From positions 8,432,001 through 8,496,000 of the forward strand of contig NC_043025.1 of the NCBI RefSeq assembly GCF_006345805.1: 64,000 nucleotides of DNA. The letters are read 5' to 3'. Made by a program: the position numbers and the translations under genes. The notes beneath the pieces were generated by a model that saw only the letters and a program-made list of their open reading frames with translations, did not search any database and had not been told where the DNA came from. Origin of the DNA: Octopus sinensis. Lineage: Eukaryota. Positions 10,941 to 22,215 of the stretch are shown here, piece by piece (position 1 is the first letter of the stretch; each line of letters starts with the position of its first letter).

Positions 10941-10993
<53 letters not shown>

Positions 10994-11100
10994 ACTTCTG
11001 GTCTGTTCTTCTTCTGACTCTTTCTTTCCTTCTCTTGCTCCTCCTCTGAATCACCCCCACCTCCATATCAACTCATCTGCACTACTTTCATTTGTTGCAG

Positions 11101-11164
11101 GGACTGAACTTTCAGCTAGCTGCTGTGCTACTATCTCTGGCCTTCTACTCATATATAGAACATG
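11101..11164 (+). CDS. PORCN: Porcupine exon D
   Basis: gcag|GGA acceptor and G|gtaagt donor. Encodes [21 protein letters not shown], versus human [21 protein letters not shown]. Confidence 0.95.
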
Positions 11165-11423
11165 GTAAGTACGAGCACTTCGCTTCAACCTGGCAAACCC
11201 ACCTTCTGCTTTTACAAAACAATAAAACAAAAAAAAAAAACTGTGAATGTGGTTGGTAAGCAAGCTACTTACCACACAGCCACTCCTGCGCCTATTATAT
11301 TATATATATATAATAATAATAATATATATATAATAATTATTATTTATGGGAATATAAATCCATACTTACAGGGAAAAAAAAATTCAATTTAGAAATACTA
11401 AATCAAATTTCACACAATATAAT

Positions 11424-11761
11424 ATATATATATAAAATTAGAAAAAAACCCACCTTTTATCAATTCAAAATGAACAATTAAATTACACCATCTAGAAAAT
11501 TACATATAATAGAAATATTAAAATTAAAATAACAATAAAATATCAATGATTAAGTAAATTTCAAAAAAAATAATAAAAACGTATATTCTACCAATTATAT
11601 ACATTTAATTTATTTGTTTTTTTGCAATTTACTTAATCATTGATATTTTATTGTTATTTTAATTTTAATATTTCTATTATATGTAATTTTCTAGATGGTG
11701 TAATTTAATTGTTCATTTTGAATTGATAAAAGGTGGGTTTTTTCTAATTTTTATATATATA
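11424..11761. repeat. AT-rich near-perfect inverted repeat, ~135-150-bp arms
   Basis: 11424-11575 pairs with 11612-11761 (AAACCCACCTTTTATCAATTC / GAATTGATAAAAGGTGGGTTT). Confidence 0.88.
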
Positions 11762-11869
11762 TCATCATCATAATCATCATCGTCACACACATAAGATAAT
11801 AAAATGAATGGTTTACACTTGGTAGCTTACTGGTAAAGCACAGTCACTCTCACTGTAATTGTTATCATC

Positions 11870-12125
11870 ATCATCATCGTTGTTTAACATCCGCTTTCCA
11901 TGCTAGCATGGGTTGGATGATTTGACTGCAGTCTAACGAACCAGATGGCTGCACTAGGCTCCAATCTGATCTGGCAAAGTTTCTACAGTTGGATGCCCTT
12001 CCTAATGCCAACCTCTCCAAGAGTGTAGTGGGTGCTTTTACATGCCACTGGCACGAGGGCCAGTCAAGCGGTACTGGCAACAGCCATGCTCAAATGGTGT
12101 TTTTTACGTGCCACCTGCACAGGGT
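11870..12125 (-). mobile_element. RTE 3' UTR-derived element
   Basis: (CAT)n-GTTTAACATCCGCTTTCCATGCTAGCATGGGTTGG family end. Confidence 0.78.
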
Positions 12126-12349
12126 CATTGGATTTAAATTACAAAAGCTTGTTCAACACTTTTGCCCCTCTCTCGGTTGCCATAGTAAGTTCAATCAACA
12201 GGCATTGCACGATGACTAGTATTGTTTTGACAGCAAGTTTTATGCCAGAGTATTTTTCTCCCAGGAGAGCAGCATTCCCACAGCTTTGACAAAACTAATG
12301 GGAGCATACACATGTACATTCATACGTACTTACATCTATATGTACATAT

Positions 12350-12590
12350 ATACCTATTTCTTTACTACCCACAAGGGGCTAAACCCAGAGGGGACAAACA
12401 AGGACAGATAAACGGATTAAGTCGATTATATCGACCCCAGTGCGTAACTGGTACTTAATTTATCGACCCCGAAAGGATGAAAGGCAAAGTTGACCTCAGC
12501 AGAATTTGAACTCAGAATGTAACGGCAGACGAAATACCGCTAAGCATTTTGCCCGACGTGCTAACGTCTCTGCCAGCTTGCCACCTTATA
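12350..12590 (-). mobile_element. SINE family B
   Basis: Full reverse-complement match to family B. Confidence 0.8.
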
Positions 12591-12647
12591 CGTACATATA
12601 TACAGACCTATATATGTACATGCGTACATACATACAACATACATGCG

Positions 12648-13220
12648 TAGAGGCACATGGCCTAGTGGTTAGAGCAGCGGACTCGCAGTCGAGAGATCGC
12701 GGGTTCGAATCTCAGACCAGGCGATGTGTGTGTTTATGAGCGAAACACCTAAGCTCCACGCGGCTCCAGCAGAAGGTAATGACGAACTTCTGCTGATTCT
12801 TTTGCCACATCTTTCTCTCACTCTTTCCTCCTGCATCTTTCTGCTCACCTGCGATGGACCAGCGTCCTGAACAGGTGGGGAACCTATACGCCAAGGGAAC
12901 CGGGAAACCGGCCCTTATGAGCCAGGCATGGCTCGAGAAGGAACAAACAAACAACAGTGGACATGCGGTCGAGGGATCGCTGGTTCGAATCTCAGACCGG
13001 GCGACGTGTGTGTTTATGAGCGAAACACCTAAGCTCCACGCGACTCCAGCAGAAGGTAATGACGAACTTCTGCTGACTCTTTCGCCACAACTTTCTCTCA
13101 CTCTTTCCTCTTGCATCTCACCTGCGACAGACCAGCGTCTTGACTAGGTGGGGAACCTATATGCCAAGAAACCGGGAAACCGGCCCTTATGAGCCTTCCT
13201 CGAGAAGGAACAAACAACAT
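12648..13220 (+). mobile_element. tRNA-derived SINE family C, tandem dimer
   Basis: GGCCTAGTGGTTAGAGCAGCGGACTCG...GGGTTCGAATCTC head, then the body is repeated from ~12980. Confidence 0.8.
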
Positions 13221-13271
13221 ACATAAATATATCTTTACCCCCCTCTCTCTCTCTTTTATGTCTCTTTACAG

Positions 13272-13357
13272 TTTTCAGACAGAAGCTGGCTAAAATATAT
13301 GATGCCTGTATCTTGGCCAAAAAATGTAAAGACAACTGCAGCCATTCTGCTAAATGG
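13272..13357 (+). CDS. PORCN: Porcupine exon E
   Basis: tacag|TT acceptor and TGG|gtgagt donor. Encodes (V)FRQKLAKIYDACILAKKCKDNCSHSAKW, versus human [27 protein letters not shown]. Confidence 0.93.
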
Positions 13358-13905
13358 GTGAGTATCTATCGGGGATTCTGGTGAACTGGTAGAAAGGGTT
13401 TTGCTAGTTCTACTCTGGTTCCTCCCAGTGGTTTTCGTTTTTACAAAGGAGTTCCTTAGTAGGGACACAGTCATTGGTTTCCTTTTTAACTGTTTCCTTT
13501 TTAACTGTTACTTGTTTCAGCCACTGGACCGCGGCCGTGCTGGAGCACCGCCTTGTGTTTAGTTGAACAAATTTACCCCAGTATTTTTAAAGTCTGGTAC
13601 TTATTTTATCAGTCTCTTTTGCCGAACCGCTAAGTTACGTGGTCATCAACACTATTGTGCTTACAACCCACCATTGCTTGACAACCAAAGACACACACAC
13701 ACACACACATATATATGTATGATACTGCTCTACATCTTAGAATATGTTTCTTCTTTCGGGTTTACGTTTTTTACAAATGATATATATATTTTTTAATAAT
13801 ATATTATTATTATTATTATTAATATAAGGAGATTAATATCCAAACTCATCATAAAGATATATCCGTGTAAAAATACTTATATATATATATATATATATAT
13901 ATATA

Positions 13906-14311
13906 CTAGCAGTATCGCCCGGCGTTGCTCGGGTTTGTAAGGGAAATAACTATATAAGCATTTTTAGAGATGTAAAGTATAATAGCCATCTCAATATGGC
14001 TAACCACAAGGGGTGGGGATTACTGTAGCTTTTTACGTTCTGAGATTTAATAATACATTTTTAGAGAGTTACTTCCCTTATATAAACCAAGCAAAAATGC
14101 ATTAAAAATGCAGAAAAATTATGGTAAATTTTTTTTTAAATCGTAGACTCATCGTAGACTCATGCTAATACCCAGAAGGGCTCGATATGAATCACAACTA
14201 TAAGATACCCGGTTTTGGTTAAACTGCACCGCAAAATGTGGGAGTAGTTACGAATCTAAATCGTAGGAGACAGACACCACACGACCTCACTTTTATATAT
14301 ATATATATAGA
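13906..14311 (-). mobile_element. Non-autonomous Helitron
   Basis: Minus strand has an A|TC start, a CCCGAGCAACGCCGGG hairpin ~11 nt before a CTAG|T end. Sister copies occur at 17369 and 18145. Confidence 0.8.
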
Positions 14312-14486
14312 TATATATAAATAAATATAAAAATATATGTAAATATGTATAAATGTAAGTATAATGTATAAATAAATTTGATATCTTAAAAGTTTTGAAT
14401 TAATTATTTAAGCATCTTACGATTGTTTCGCAGAAGAGTTGTCCCTATAATGAAGTCCTATATTGATAAGCATTTATAGACAACTA

Positions 14487-14838
14487 GTCTATAGTGCCAA
14501 AGATCCCTGCAATGCCATCACGCTTCAGGACCCGCTTCTGCAACAGCCTGGGTTTCAAGGGCCCACAGCTTTTTAATATTCTCCCAAAGAGTCTGAGGAA
14601 CTTGCACAAAGTAGATGTAGCGGTTTTTAAATCAAAGCTGGACATCTTCCTGTCGAGAGTCCCAGATGAACCTACCTCACGGCAAGAGGTGCAAATGAGA
14701 GTAGCAATATCAAACTCCATTCTTCACCAAATGCCACATATTAGAGGAGGCTCTTAGTAATAACAGTGTAGCACAAAACGGCGGTGCATCAGCATGGCCG
14801 CAGCTCTGAGCTGAAACAAGAAAAACGAAAAACGATAA
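14487..14838 (+). mobile_element. CR1-type LINE 3' fragment
   Basis: Encodes PKIPAMPSRFRTRFCNSLGFKGPQLFNILPK..FKSKLDIFLSRVPDEP and carries the 3' stem-loop tail. Confidence 0.85.
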
Positions 14839-14929
14839 AACTCTTCTGCTCTTCAGAGATATAAACTATGAATATTGTATAATATATTGAATGATAGATT
14901 TTTTATAAAAAATTTGAAGTAAAACTGTA

Positions 14930-15260
14930 AAATGGTAAAGTATAATAGCCCCCCCATCTCAATATGGCTAACCACAAAGGTTGGTGTTACTGTAGCTTTT
15001 TAGCCTCAGGAGACCATCGTCTCCAGCTGGCTCTAGGCACACTATCTGTGCCCTTATGGTATTTGCAAAGGGAGGCCATCCCTTTCTCGTAAGCCTAAGT
15101 GATACGCACCGGACCGCGGTTTCGAGGTTATTGCCTCTTATCAACGGGCGGTAATCACCGGATCACGATGAAAGAGAAAGCCTGTATGCAAATATATAAG
15201 AGTTTTTCTAGTAACTTCTGTCACTGATTTCGAAAAACTGTCTGCGGTGTTTGTTTGAAA
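14930..15260 (-). mobile_element. Hammerhead-bearing repeat (Penelope pLTR-like), same family as 61597-62013
   Basis: Shared ATCTCAATATGGCTAACCAC...CATCGTCTCCAGCTGG...GTATTTGCAAAGGGAGG...CCTAAGTGAT block followed by a hammerhead motif. The PLE assignment is inference. Confidence 0.55.
15101..15156 (-). ncRNA. Minimal type I hammerhead ribozyme, U3-A8 core variant
   Basis: Minus strand: CCG-TTGATAA-GAGG-CAATAA-CCTC-GAAA-CCGCGG-TC-CGG. Stem II is 4 bp, stem III is the palindrome ACCGCGGT, and the GUC triplet has C17 at 15112. Confidence 0.72.
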
Positions 15261-15658
15261 TATAAATTAAAAATTAAAAATTACTACTTGGTTATTTTTC
15301 TGCAGTAATATGTATGTATGTAGATATATATATATATATATATATATTGAAGGCTAAACCCTTCAATGCTATGCCCCAGTATGGCCACAGTCCAGTATGA
15401 GACATGGACACTGTCTGAGGCCCTTAGGAGCAACCTGAACTCCTTTGATAGAGAGAGAGATAGATGGCTAGATGTGATGAGCTTCTTTCTGTTTCCATCT
15501 ACCAAATCCACTCAAAAAGCTTTGGTCTGCCTGAAGCCATGGTCGAAGACGCTTGCTGAAAATGCCATGCCGTGGAACTGAACCTGGAACCATGAAATAT
15601 TTTGTTTGGGTGCCCTACCAATTCTGTTAATCCAGTGTCTTCATATTAGAGATTATTA

Positions 15659-16387
15659 TCTCTTATATAAAATCCATTCTGTCTGTGTGTGTGTCTTCTA
15701 GGATCTCGGGCATCCTCCATCCGATTGTGCTCAAATTTGATATGTAGATACCGACGGTATCAGGGCATGTATAATTCTTGAAAAAATTACGAAAATCGAT
15801 TCCAGGCGAGAACGCGATCAATAAAGCCACGGGAAATAATTTTTGGGGGGAATAGAAAAAAATTCTATCTTTATTTCTTCTTTTGCTGGTGTCTCAAATT
15901 TAGGTTAAATCAGTGTTTCTCAAAGGGGAGGCCTATGGGACGGACGGACAAGTTGTTTTGAGAAAATTTGGTTTAAATGTTTGACAACTCAGCACCGTCC
16001 ATTGGACAGGGGGGCATTTTGCTCTTCTATTATATAAAATCCATTCTGTCTGTGTGTGTGTCTTCTAGGATCTCGGGCATCCTCCATCCGATTGTGCTCA
16101 AATTTGATATGTAGATACCGACGGTATCAGGGCATGTATAAGTCTTTAAAAAATTACAAAAGTCAATTCCAGGTGAGAATGCGATCAATAAAGCCGTGGG
16201 AAATCATTTTTCTTTGGAATAGAAAAGAAGTCTATCTTTATTTCTTCTTTTGCTGGTGTCTCAAATTTAGGTTAAATCAGTGTTTCTCAAATGGGACGGA
16301 CGGGCAAGTTGTTTTGAGAAAATTTGGTTTAAATGTTTGACAACTCAGTACCATCCATTGGACGGGGGGGGGGGGCGTTTTGCTCAT
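15659..16387 (+). repeat. Tandem duplication of a ~370-bp Helitron-like unit
   Basis: TC..TATATAAAATCCATTCTGTCTGTGTG...CCGATTGTGCTCAAATTTG repeated at 15659 and ~16026. No CTAG end was seen. Confidence 0.6.
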
Positions 16388-16476
16388 TGATTCATAATTT
16401 TAGTGTAAGGTCTCAAATGTTAGTTGAGAAGGGTGTTTGTGACTGGTCCTTCATGTGAATTTCTCTCTTTTTCCAG

Positions 16477-16581
16477 AACAATCCATATGTCCTGATAACC
16501 AATCTGGCGTTTGGTCTCTTATCAATCTTTCACCTGGCCTACCTTGGTCTTATGTTTGACAGCAGCTCTCAAGAAGAGAAG
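16477..16581 (+). CDS. PORCN: Porcupine exon F
   Basis: ttccag|AAC acceptor and AAG|gtaagt donor. Encodes [35 protein letters not shown], versus human [22 protein letters not shown]. Confidence 0.95.
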
Positions 16582-16621
16582 GTAAGTATTCAGCTAGTCT
16601 CTCTCTCTCTCTCATATATAT

Positions 16622-16818
16622 TACTCTTTACTCTCTTTTACTTGTTTCAGTCATTTGACTGTGGCCATGCTGGAGCACCGCCTTTAGTCGAGCAAATCGA
16701 CCCCGGGACTTATTCTTTGTAAGCCTAGTACTTATTCTATCGGTCTCTTTTGCCGAAACGCTAAGTGACGGTGACGTAAACACACCAGCATCGGTTGTCA
16801 AGTGATGTTGGGGGACAA

Positions 16819-16863
<45 letters not shown>

Positions 16864-17034
16864 CATATATACGACGGGCTTCTTTCTGTTTCTGTCTACC
16901 AAATCGACTCACAAGGCTTTGGTCGGCCCGAGGCTATAGTAGAAGACACTTGCCTAAGGTGCCACACTGTGGGACTGAACCCGGAACCATGTGGTTGGTA
17001 AACAAGCTACTTACCACACAGCCACTCCTATGCC

Positions 17035-17035
<1 letters not shown>
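16622..17035 (-). mobile_element. SINE family A, full length
   Basis: Reverse complement of the family A head and tail. Confidence 0.88.
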
Positions 17036-17065
<30 letters not shown>

Positions 17066-17094
17066 ATATTATATTATATTATATATGTGTGTAA

Positions 17095-17810
17095 GTTATA
17101 AATGACAAGAGAAATAGTATGATAAAAATTAATTTAGCTATAAGAAAATTCAAATATCAAGACAAATTGTTTCGTAACTTAAGCATGTAAAGATAATTTA
17201 TTTTATTATATTTAATAATAAATAAATTACTTACCTGTCTGTGTTAATACAAATAATCCTTTAAAACAATGCAGAAATGAAGCTACATCCTCAGGTGAAC
17301 TCTTAATTTCTGTATTGTTTTAAATGACTTTTTGCATAAATGCAGACAGGTGAGTAATTTATTGATTATCTTTATATATAAAATTCAAGTTGTGTGTGTG
17401 TGTGAGAGTCTGTCTCCTCCGATTTAGATTCCTAATTACTCCCACATTTTGCGGTGCAGTTTAACCAAAAGTGGGTATCTTATAGTCGTCATTCATATCG
17501 AGCCCTTCTGGGTATTAGCGCGCGTCTACAATGAGTCTACAATTTAAAAAAAAAAAAATTTACCATAATTTTTCCGCATTTTTAATGATTTTTGCTCGGG
17601 TTATATAAGGGAAGTAACTCTCTAAAAATGCTTATAGTTATTTCCCTTACAAACCCAAGCAACGCCGGGTGATACAGCTAGTTAAATATAATAATACAAA
17701 TTATCTTTACATGCTTTAAGTTACGAAACAATTTGTCCATATATTTGAATTTTCTTATAGTTAAATAAATTTTATCATACTATATTTCTCTCATCCTTTA
17801 TAACTTTATA
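17095..17810. repeat. AT-rich palindromic element interrupted by a Helitron
   Basis: 17095-17215 is the reverse complement of ~17682-17810, with an inner IR at 17225-17365. Confidence 0.75.
17369..17681 (+). mobile_element. Non-autonomous Helitron
   Basis: A|TC start at 17369, CCCAAGCAACGCCGGG hairpin, CTAG|T end at 17681. Confidence 0.82.
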
Positions 17811-18144
17811 AACTCCTTATCATTTTCTTTTGTACCATACTGTATTTTCTATATGTCTCCAGTAATTCATATATCTAAAAAGAAGTATACTCTAATACAT
17901 TAGAACAGTAATGCAGTTTTTGAGAAATTAAAAGTTATGATTGGTCAGAGAGTGACCATTGGGTTCACACCTATAAAGCACTTACCTGTATAGGTGACTT
18001 GGCTGTCTATGCTGCTAAACGCTTTATAGGTGCAAAACCAATAGTCACTCTATGACTGGCCATGACTTTTAATTTCCATATATATATATATATATATTAA
18101 TAATATAAGGGTCAATAATTATTAATTTCAAAAATTAATAATTA

Positions 18145-18635
18145 CTAGCAGTATCGCCCGGCGTTGCTTGGGTTTGTAAGGGAAATAACTATATAAGCAT
18201 TTTTAGAGAGTTATAGCCAAAAAATGCATTTAAAATGGAAACAAAATTATGGTAAATTTTTTTTTAAATCGTTGACTCATCGTAGACATTTTTAGAGAGT
18301 TACTTCCCTTATATAGTAGCGAAAAAATGCATTAAAATGGAAAAAAAATTATGGTAAATTTTTTTTTAAATCGTTGACTCATCGTAGACATTTTTAGAGA
18401 GTTACTTCCCTTATATAATAGCGAAAAAATACATTAAAATGGAAAAAAAATTATGGTAAATTTTTTTTTTAAATCGTAGACTCATCGTAGACGAGCGTAA
18501 ATACCCAGAAGGGCTCGATATGAATCACGACTATAAGATACCCGATTTTGGTTAAACTGCACCGCAAAATGTGGGAGTAGTTAGGAATATAAATCATAGG
18601 AGACAGACACACAACCTCTCTTTTATATATAAAGA
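18145..18635 (-). mobile_element. Non-autonomous Helitron with internal ~120-bp tandem amplification
   Basis: Same termini as the other copies. The internal block AAAATGG..AAATTATGGTAAATT..CGTTGACTCATCGTAGAC is repeated three times. Confidence 0.8.
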
Positions 18636-18698
18636 TTACCAAGTAGTTTAGTATGGAAATAGAACCATTATCGGTAGGAACTTTTACAAAAAGTTCTT

Positions 18699-18772
<74 letters not shown>

Positions 18773-18781
18773 GGGTTATAT

Positions 18782-19095
18782 TTTAAGGGCTAAGAACCAC
18801 TATGTGGACAGCCATATGCTAGAAATAGATCACCTACGATCACACTACAAAGAAAGAAAGAAAGAATGTTCTCTAGAGAAAATTCAGCGGACACCAGAAC
18901 AATAGGCGGGCAAGACAGATGAAAATTATATAAAAATCAAGAATTAATCGCAGACCGGTTTCGTCTAGCCCTTAAAATATACACATGTATTAGAATTTTA
19001 TCTGATTCTTCAGATTCTTGTATGCTAGGCTACTGGCTTTAAATTGATATTAATTAAATTAATATTCAATTTATCTCCCTCATCATTTAAATGTT
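18782..19095 (-). mobile_element. Small retroposed element with a decayed hammerhead and 15-bp flanking direct repeats
   Basis: TAATTAGGGTTATAT occurs at 18767-18781 and 19096-19110. Minus strand has CTGAAGA...GAC-GAAA-CCGG-TC at 18953-19013. A sister copy lies at ~10740-10930. Confidence 0.6.
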
Positions 19096-19117
19096 TAATT
19101 AGGGTTATATATATATA

Positions 19118-19489
19118 TACTCTCTTTTACTTGTTTCAGTCATTTGACTGCGGCCATGCTGGAGCACCGCCTTTAGTCGAGCAACTCGACCCCGGGACTT
19201 ATTCTTTGTAAGCCCAGTACTTATTCTATCGGTCTCCTTTGCCGAACCGCTAAGTGACGGGGACGTAAACACGCCAGCATCGGTTGTCAAGCAATGCTAG
19301 GGGGACAAGCACAGACACATACATACAGCAGGAGTGGCTGTGTGGTAAGTAGCTTGCTTACCAACCACATGGTTCCGGGTTCAGTCCCACTGCATGGCAT
19401 CCTGGGCAAGTGTCTTCTATTATAGCCTCGCGCCGACCAAAGCCTTGTGAGTGGACTTGATAGACAGAAACTGAAAGAAGCCTATCGTA

Positions 19490-19534
<45 letters not shown>

Positions 19535-19725
19535 TTGTCCCCCTAGCATTGCTTGACAACCGATGCTGGTGTGTTTATGTCCCTGTCACTTAGTGGTTCG
19601 GCAAAAGAGACCGATAGTATAAGTACTGGGCTTACAAAGAATAAGTCCCGGGGTCGAGTTGCTCGATTAAAGGCGGTGCTCCAGCATGGCCGCAGTCAAA
19701 ATGACTGAAACAAGGAAAAGAAAAA
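19118..19725. mobile_element. Two family A SINEs in inverted orientation
   Basis: Minus-strand 3' half at 19118-19320, followed by a full plus-strand copy at 19328-19725. Confidence 0.85.
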
Positions 19726-19860
19726 AAATACCTAGACACACATACATATTTGTGTTTTATGTTTCACGTGTATACATGTATGTATGTCTGATTAAATGTG
19801 TCTGTAAGTTAATCCAGTAAAAAACCTCGCTCACTTCTCCAAACCCTTTTCTATTTTCAG

Positions 19861-19959
19861 GGCTACGACATGCGGCACACACTGGACAAATGGTCGTCCC
19901 TGGGCTTCCTTAGCCACTGGGTGGCATCTGGGACCTTCCTCTTTCACCTCTTGATATGA
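19861..19959 (+). CDS. PORCN: Porcupine terminal coding exon
   Basis: ttttcag|GGC acceptor. Encodes GYDMRHTLDKWSSLGFLSHWVASGTFLFHLLI*, versus human [33 protein letters not shown]. Confidence 0.95.
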   Translation, partial: GYDMRHTLDKWSSLGFLSHWVASGTFLFHLLI

Positions 19960-21039
19960 GAATGTCATCGTCTTACTGCAGATAACCATATTCGTCCTCC
20001 CCTTCTTCTCTCCCCCACTTTACTGCTTCACCATCATCATCATCACCATCACCACCAACATCATCCTTGTTAGAAACTTCACATCTTCTGGCCGGTTAGA
20101 AGCATACGGCCTGGGCTCTTTTGCACTGGGGGTGCAAATGAAAACATCTGATAAAACAAAAAACGAAAGAAACCATCGTTACAGTTAATCAGGCGTACAT
20201 GGTTGTGTTATATCAAATCAATTGGAAATTGCTCAAAAAGTATAGGCCATGTTTTAACGGCAACGGCAGGTGCAGGCTCTACCTGGGAAGAGAATTATCT
20301 TAAAGAATTCACTTCACTGGAGGCCTTGTTGAAACCACAACTTCACATTTTCTCTTTTATGTCAGCTTAAACTAATCCGCTCCTCTCCACTCCCTGAAAG
20401 CTGGACTAAATTGTCCTTTATGTGGTATTTTGTTGCATCAATGTAATTGATTTGTCCCCTCCTGCAAAGTGTCTGCCCCTTGTTTGCAAAATCTGAAACC
20501 ATTATTATTATTATCATTATCACTAGCTGACCCTGTGTCGTCAAAAATGACGGCTGATCGTAGTATTTCATATATAGATAAGGTACATAATAATTCTAGA
20601 TACAAGCATTCACATACTTCCCTTGTACATGTACACACATAAACTCGGAGTTGAAATGCTGTTTGATTTTTCTTTTCAGCATTGAACATTCACCATCGCA
20701 TTTCCATTACACACACACACATTCACATACCTTCCTTTTACATACATACACATATACTCACACAGAGTTGAAATGCTGATATTTTTTTTTATCACCCCTT
20801 CCTTTCTCCGTTGCTATTACTTTCTCTCACTCCATCTCAGTCACAGCTATTACTCTCACTACTTCTCCTTCACTGAATTACTATTTTCTCTCTCCTCTCC
20901 CTTCACTTATACTACTCTTACTCCTACTCCGTCCTACTCCTACTCTGTGATCTTGAACAAATATATATACATATATATATACACAAATATATAAAAATAC
21001 TACAATCATTATTATATTAGGAAATTATTATTATTCAGA

Positions 21040-22215
21040 TGGTAAGCTGGCAGAATCGTTAGCACACTGGGCAAAATGCTTAGCAGTATTTCGTGTATCT
21101 GAGTTCAAATTCTGTTGAGGTTGGCTTTGCCTTTCATCCTTTCAGGGTCAATAAAATAAGTACCAGTTATGTACTGGGGTCGATGTAATCGACTTATCCC
21201 CTCCCCCAAATTTGCTGGCCCTGTGCCAAAATTTGAAATCATTATTATTATTATTATTACTCTTTTACTTGTTTCAGTCATTTGACTGCGGCCATGCTGG
21301 AGCACCGCCTTTAATCGAGCAAATCGACCCTGGGACTTATTCTTTTATAAGCCCAGTACTTATTCTCTCGGTCTCTTTTCCCGAACCGCTAAGTAACGGG
21401 GACGTAAACACACCAGCATCGGTTGTCAAGCAATGCTAGGGGGACAAACACAGACACACAAACATACACGCACACACACATATATATATACATATATACG
21501 ACGGCTTTCTTTCAGTTTCCGTCTACCAAATCCACTCACAAGGCACTGGTCGGCCCAGGCCTATAGCAGAAGACACTTGCCCAAGGTGCCACGCAGTGGG
21601 ACTGAACCCGGAACCATGTGGCTGGTTAGCAAGCTACTTACCACACAGCCACTCCTTAGCATTGACAGTGGATGGTTGAATTGGAAGAGTTTAAAACAAG
21701 ATACCTTGTGGTATTTTATTTTGTTTCCCTTTCCTTATCGGTTTCGTAGGACAGTGGCCAGGCTAGGTGCTGAGGTTTTTTTTTTCCCCTGCCCATTAGG
21801 GCTTGAGCTTCCTCCAGTAATCGACTGGGGGTACTTTTACTGACCCAAAGAAGATGGACGGCAAAGTCCACCCTGGCAGGAACCTAACTCGGGATATGAA
21901 AGGGACAAAAAACTGAATGAAGATCAGATTGAGATTTGAACAACACAAGGACGTAACTGAATAAGGTATTTTGTTATTTGGCGACGACCTGGCAGAATCG
22001 TTAGTACGCCAGGTGAAATGCTTAGCGGTATTTCGTCTGCCATTACGTTCTGAGTTCAAATTCCGCCGAGGTCGACTTTGCCTTTTATCCTTTCGGGGTT
22101 GATAAATTAAGTACCAGTTACGCACTGGGGTCATTATAATCGACTTAATCCGTTTGTCTGTCCTTGTTTGTCCTCTCTGTGTTTAGCCCCTTGTGGGTAG
22201 TAAAGAAATAGGTAT
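21040..22215. mobile_element. SINE cluster: family B (+, 21040-21240), family A (-, 21258-21660), family B (+, 21985-22215)
   Basis: Direct matches to the other copies in the window. Confidence 0.8.

Noticed and set aside
12648-12725. tRNA-like sequence (also 2560-2625, 30137-30200, 61190-61255)
   Set aside because: A/B boxes are present, but there is no complete cloverleaf and the sequence continues into SINE bodies. These are SINE heads, not tRNA genes.
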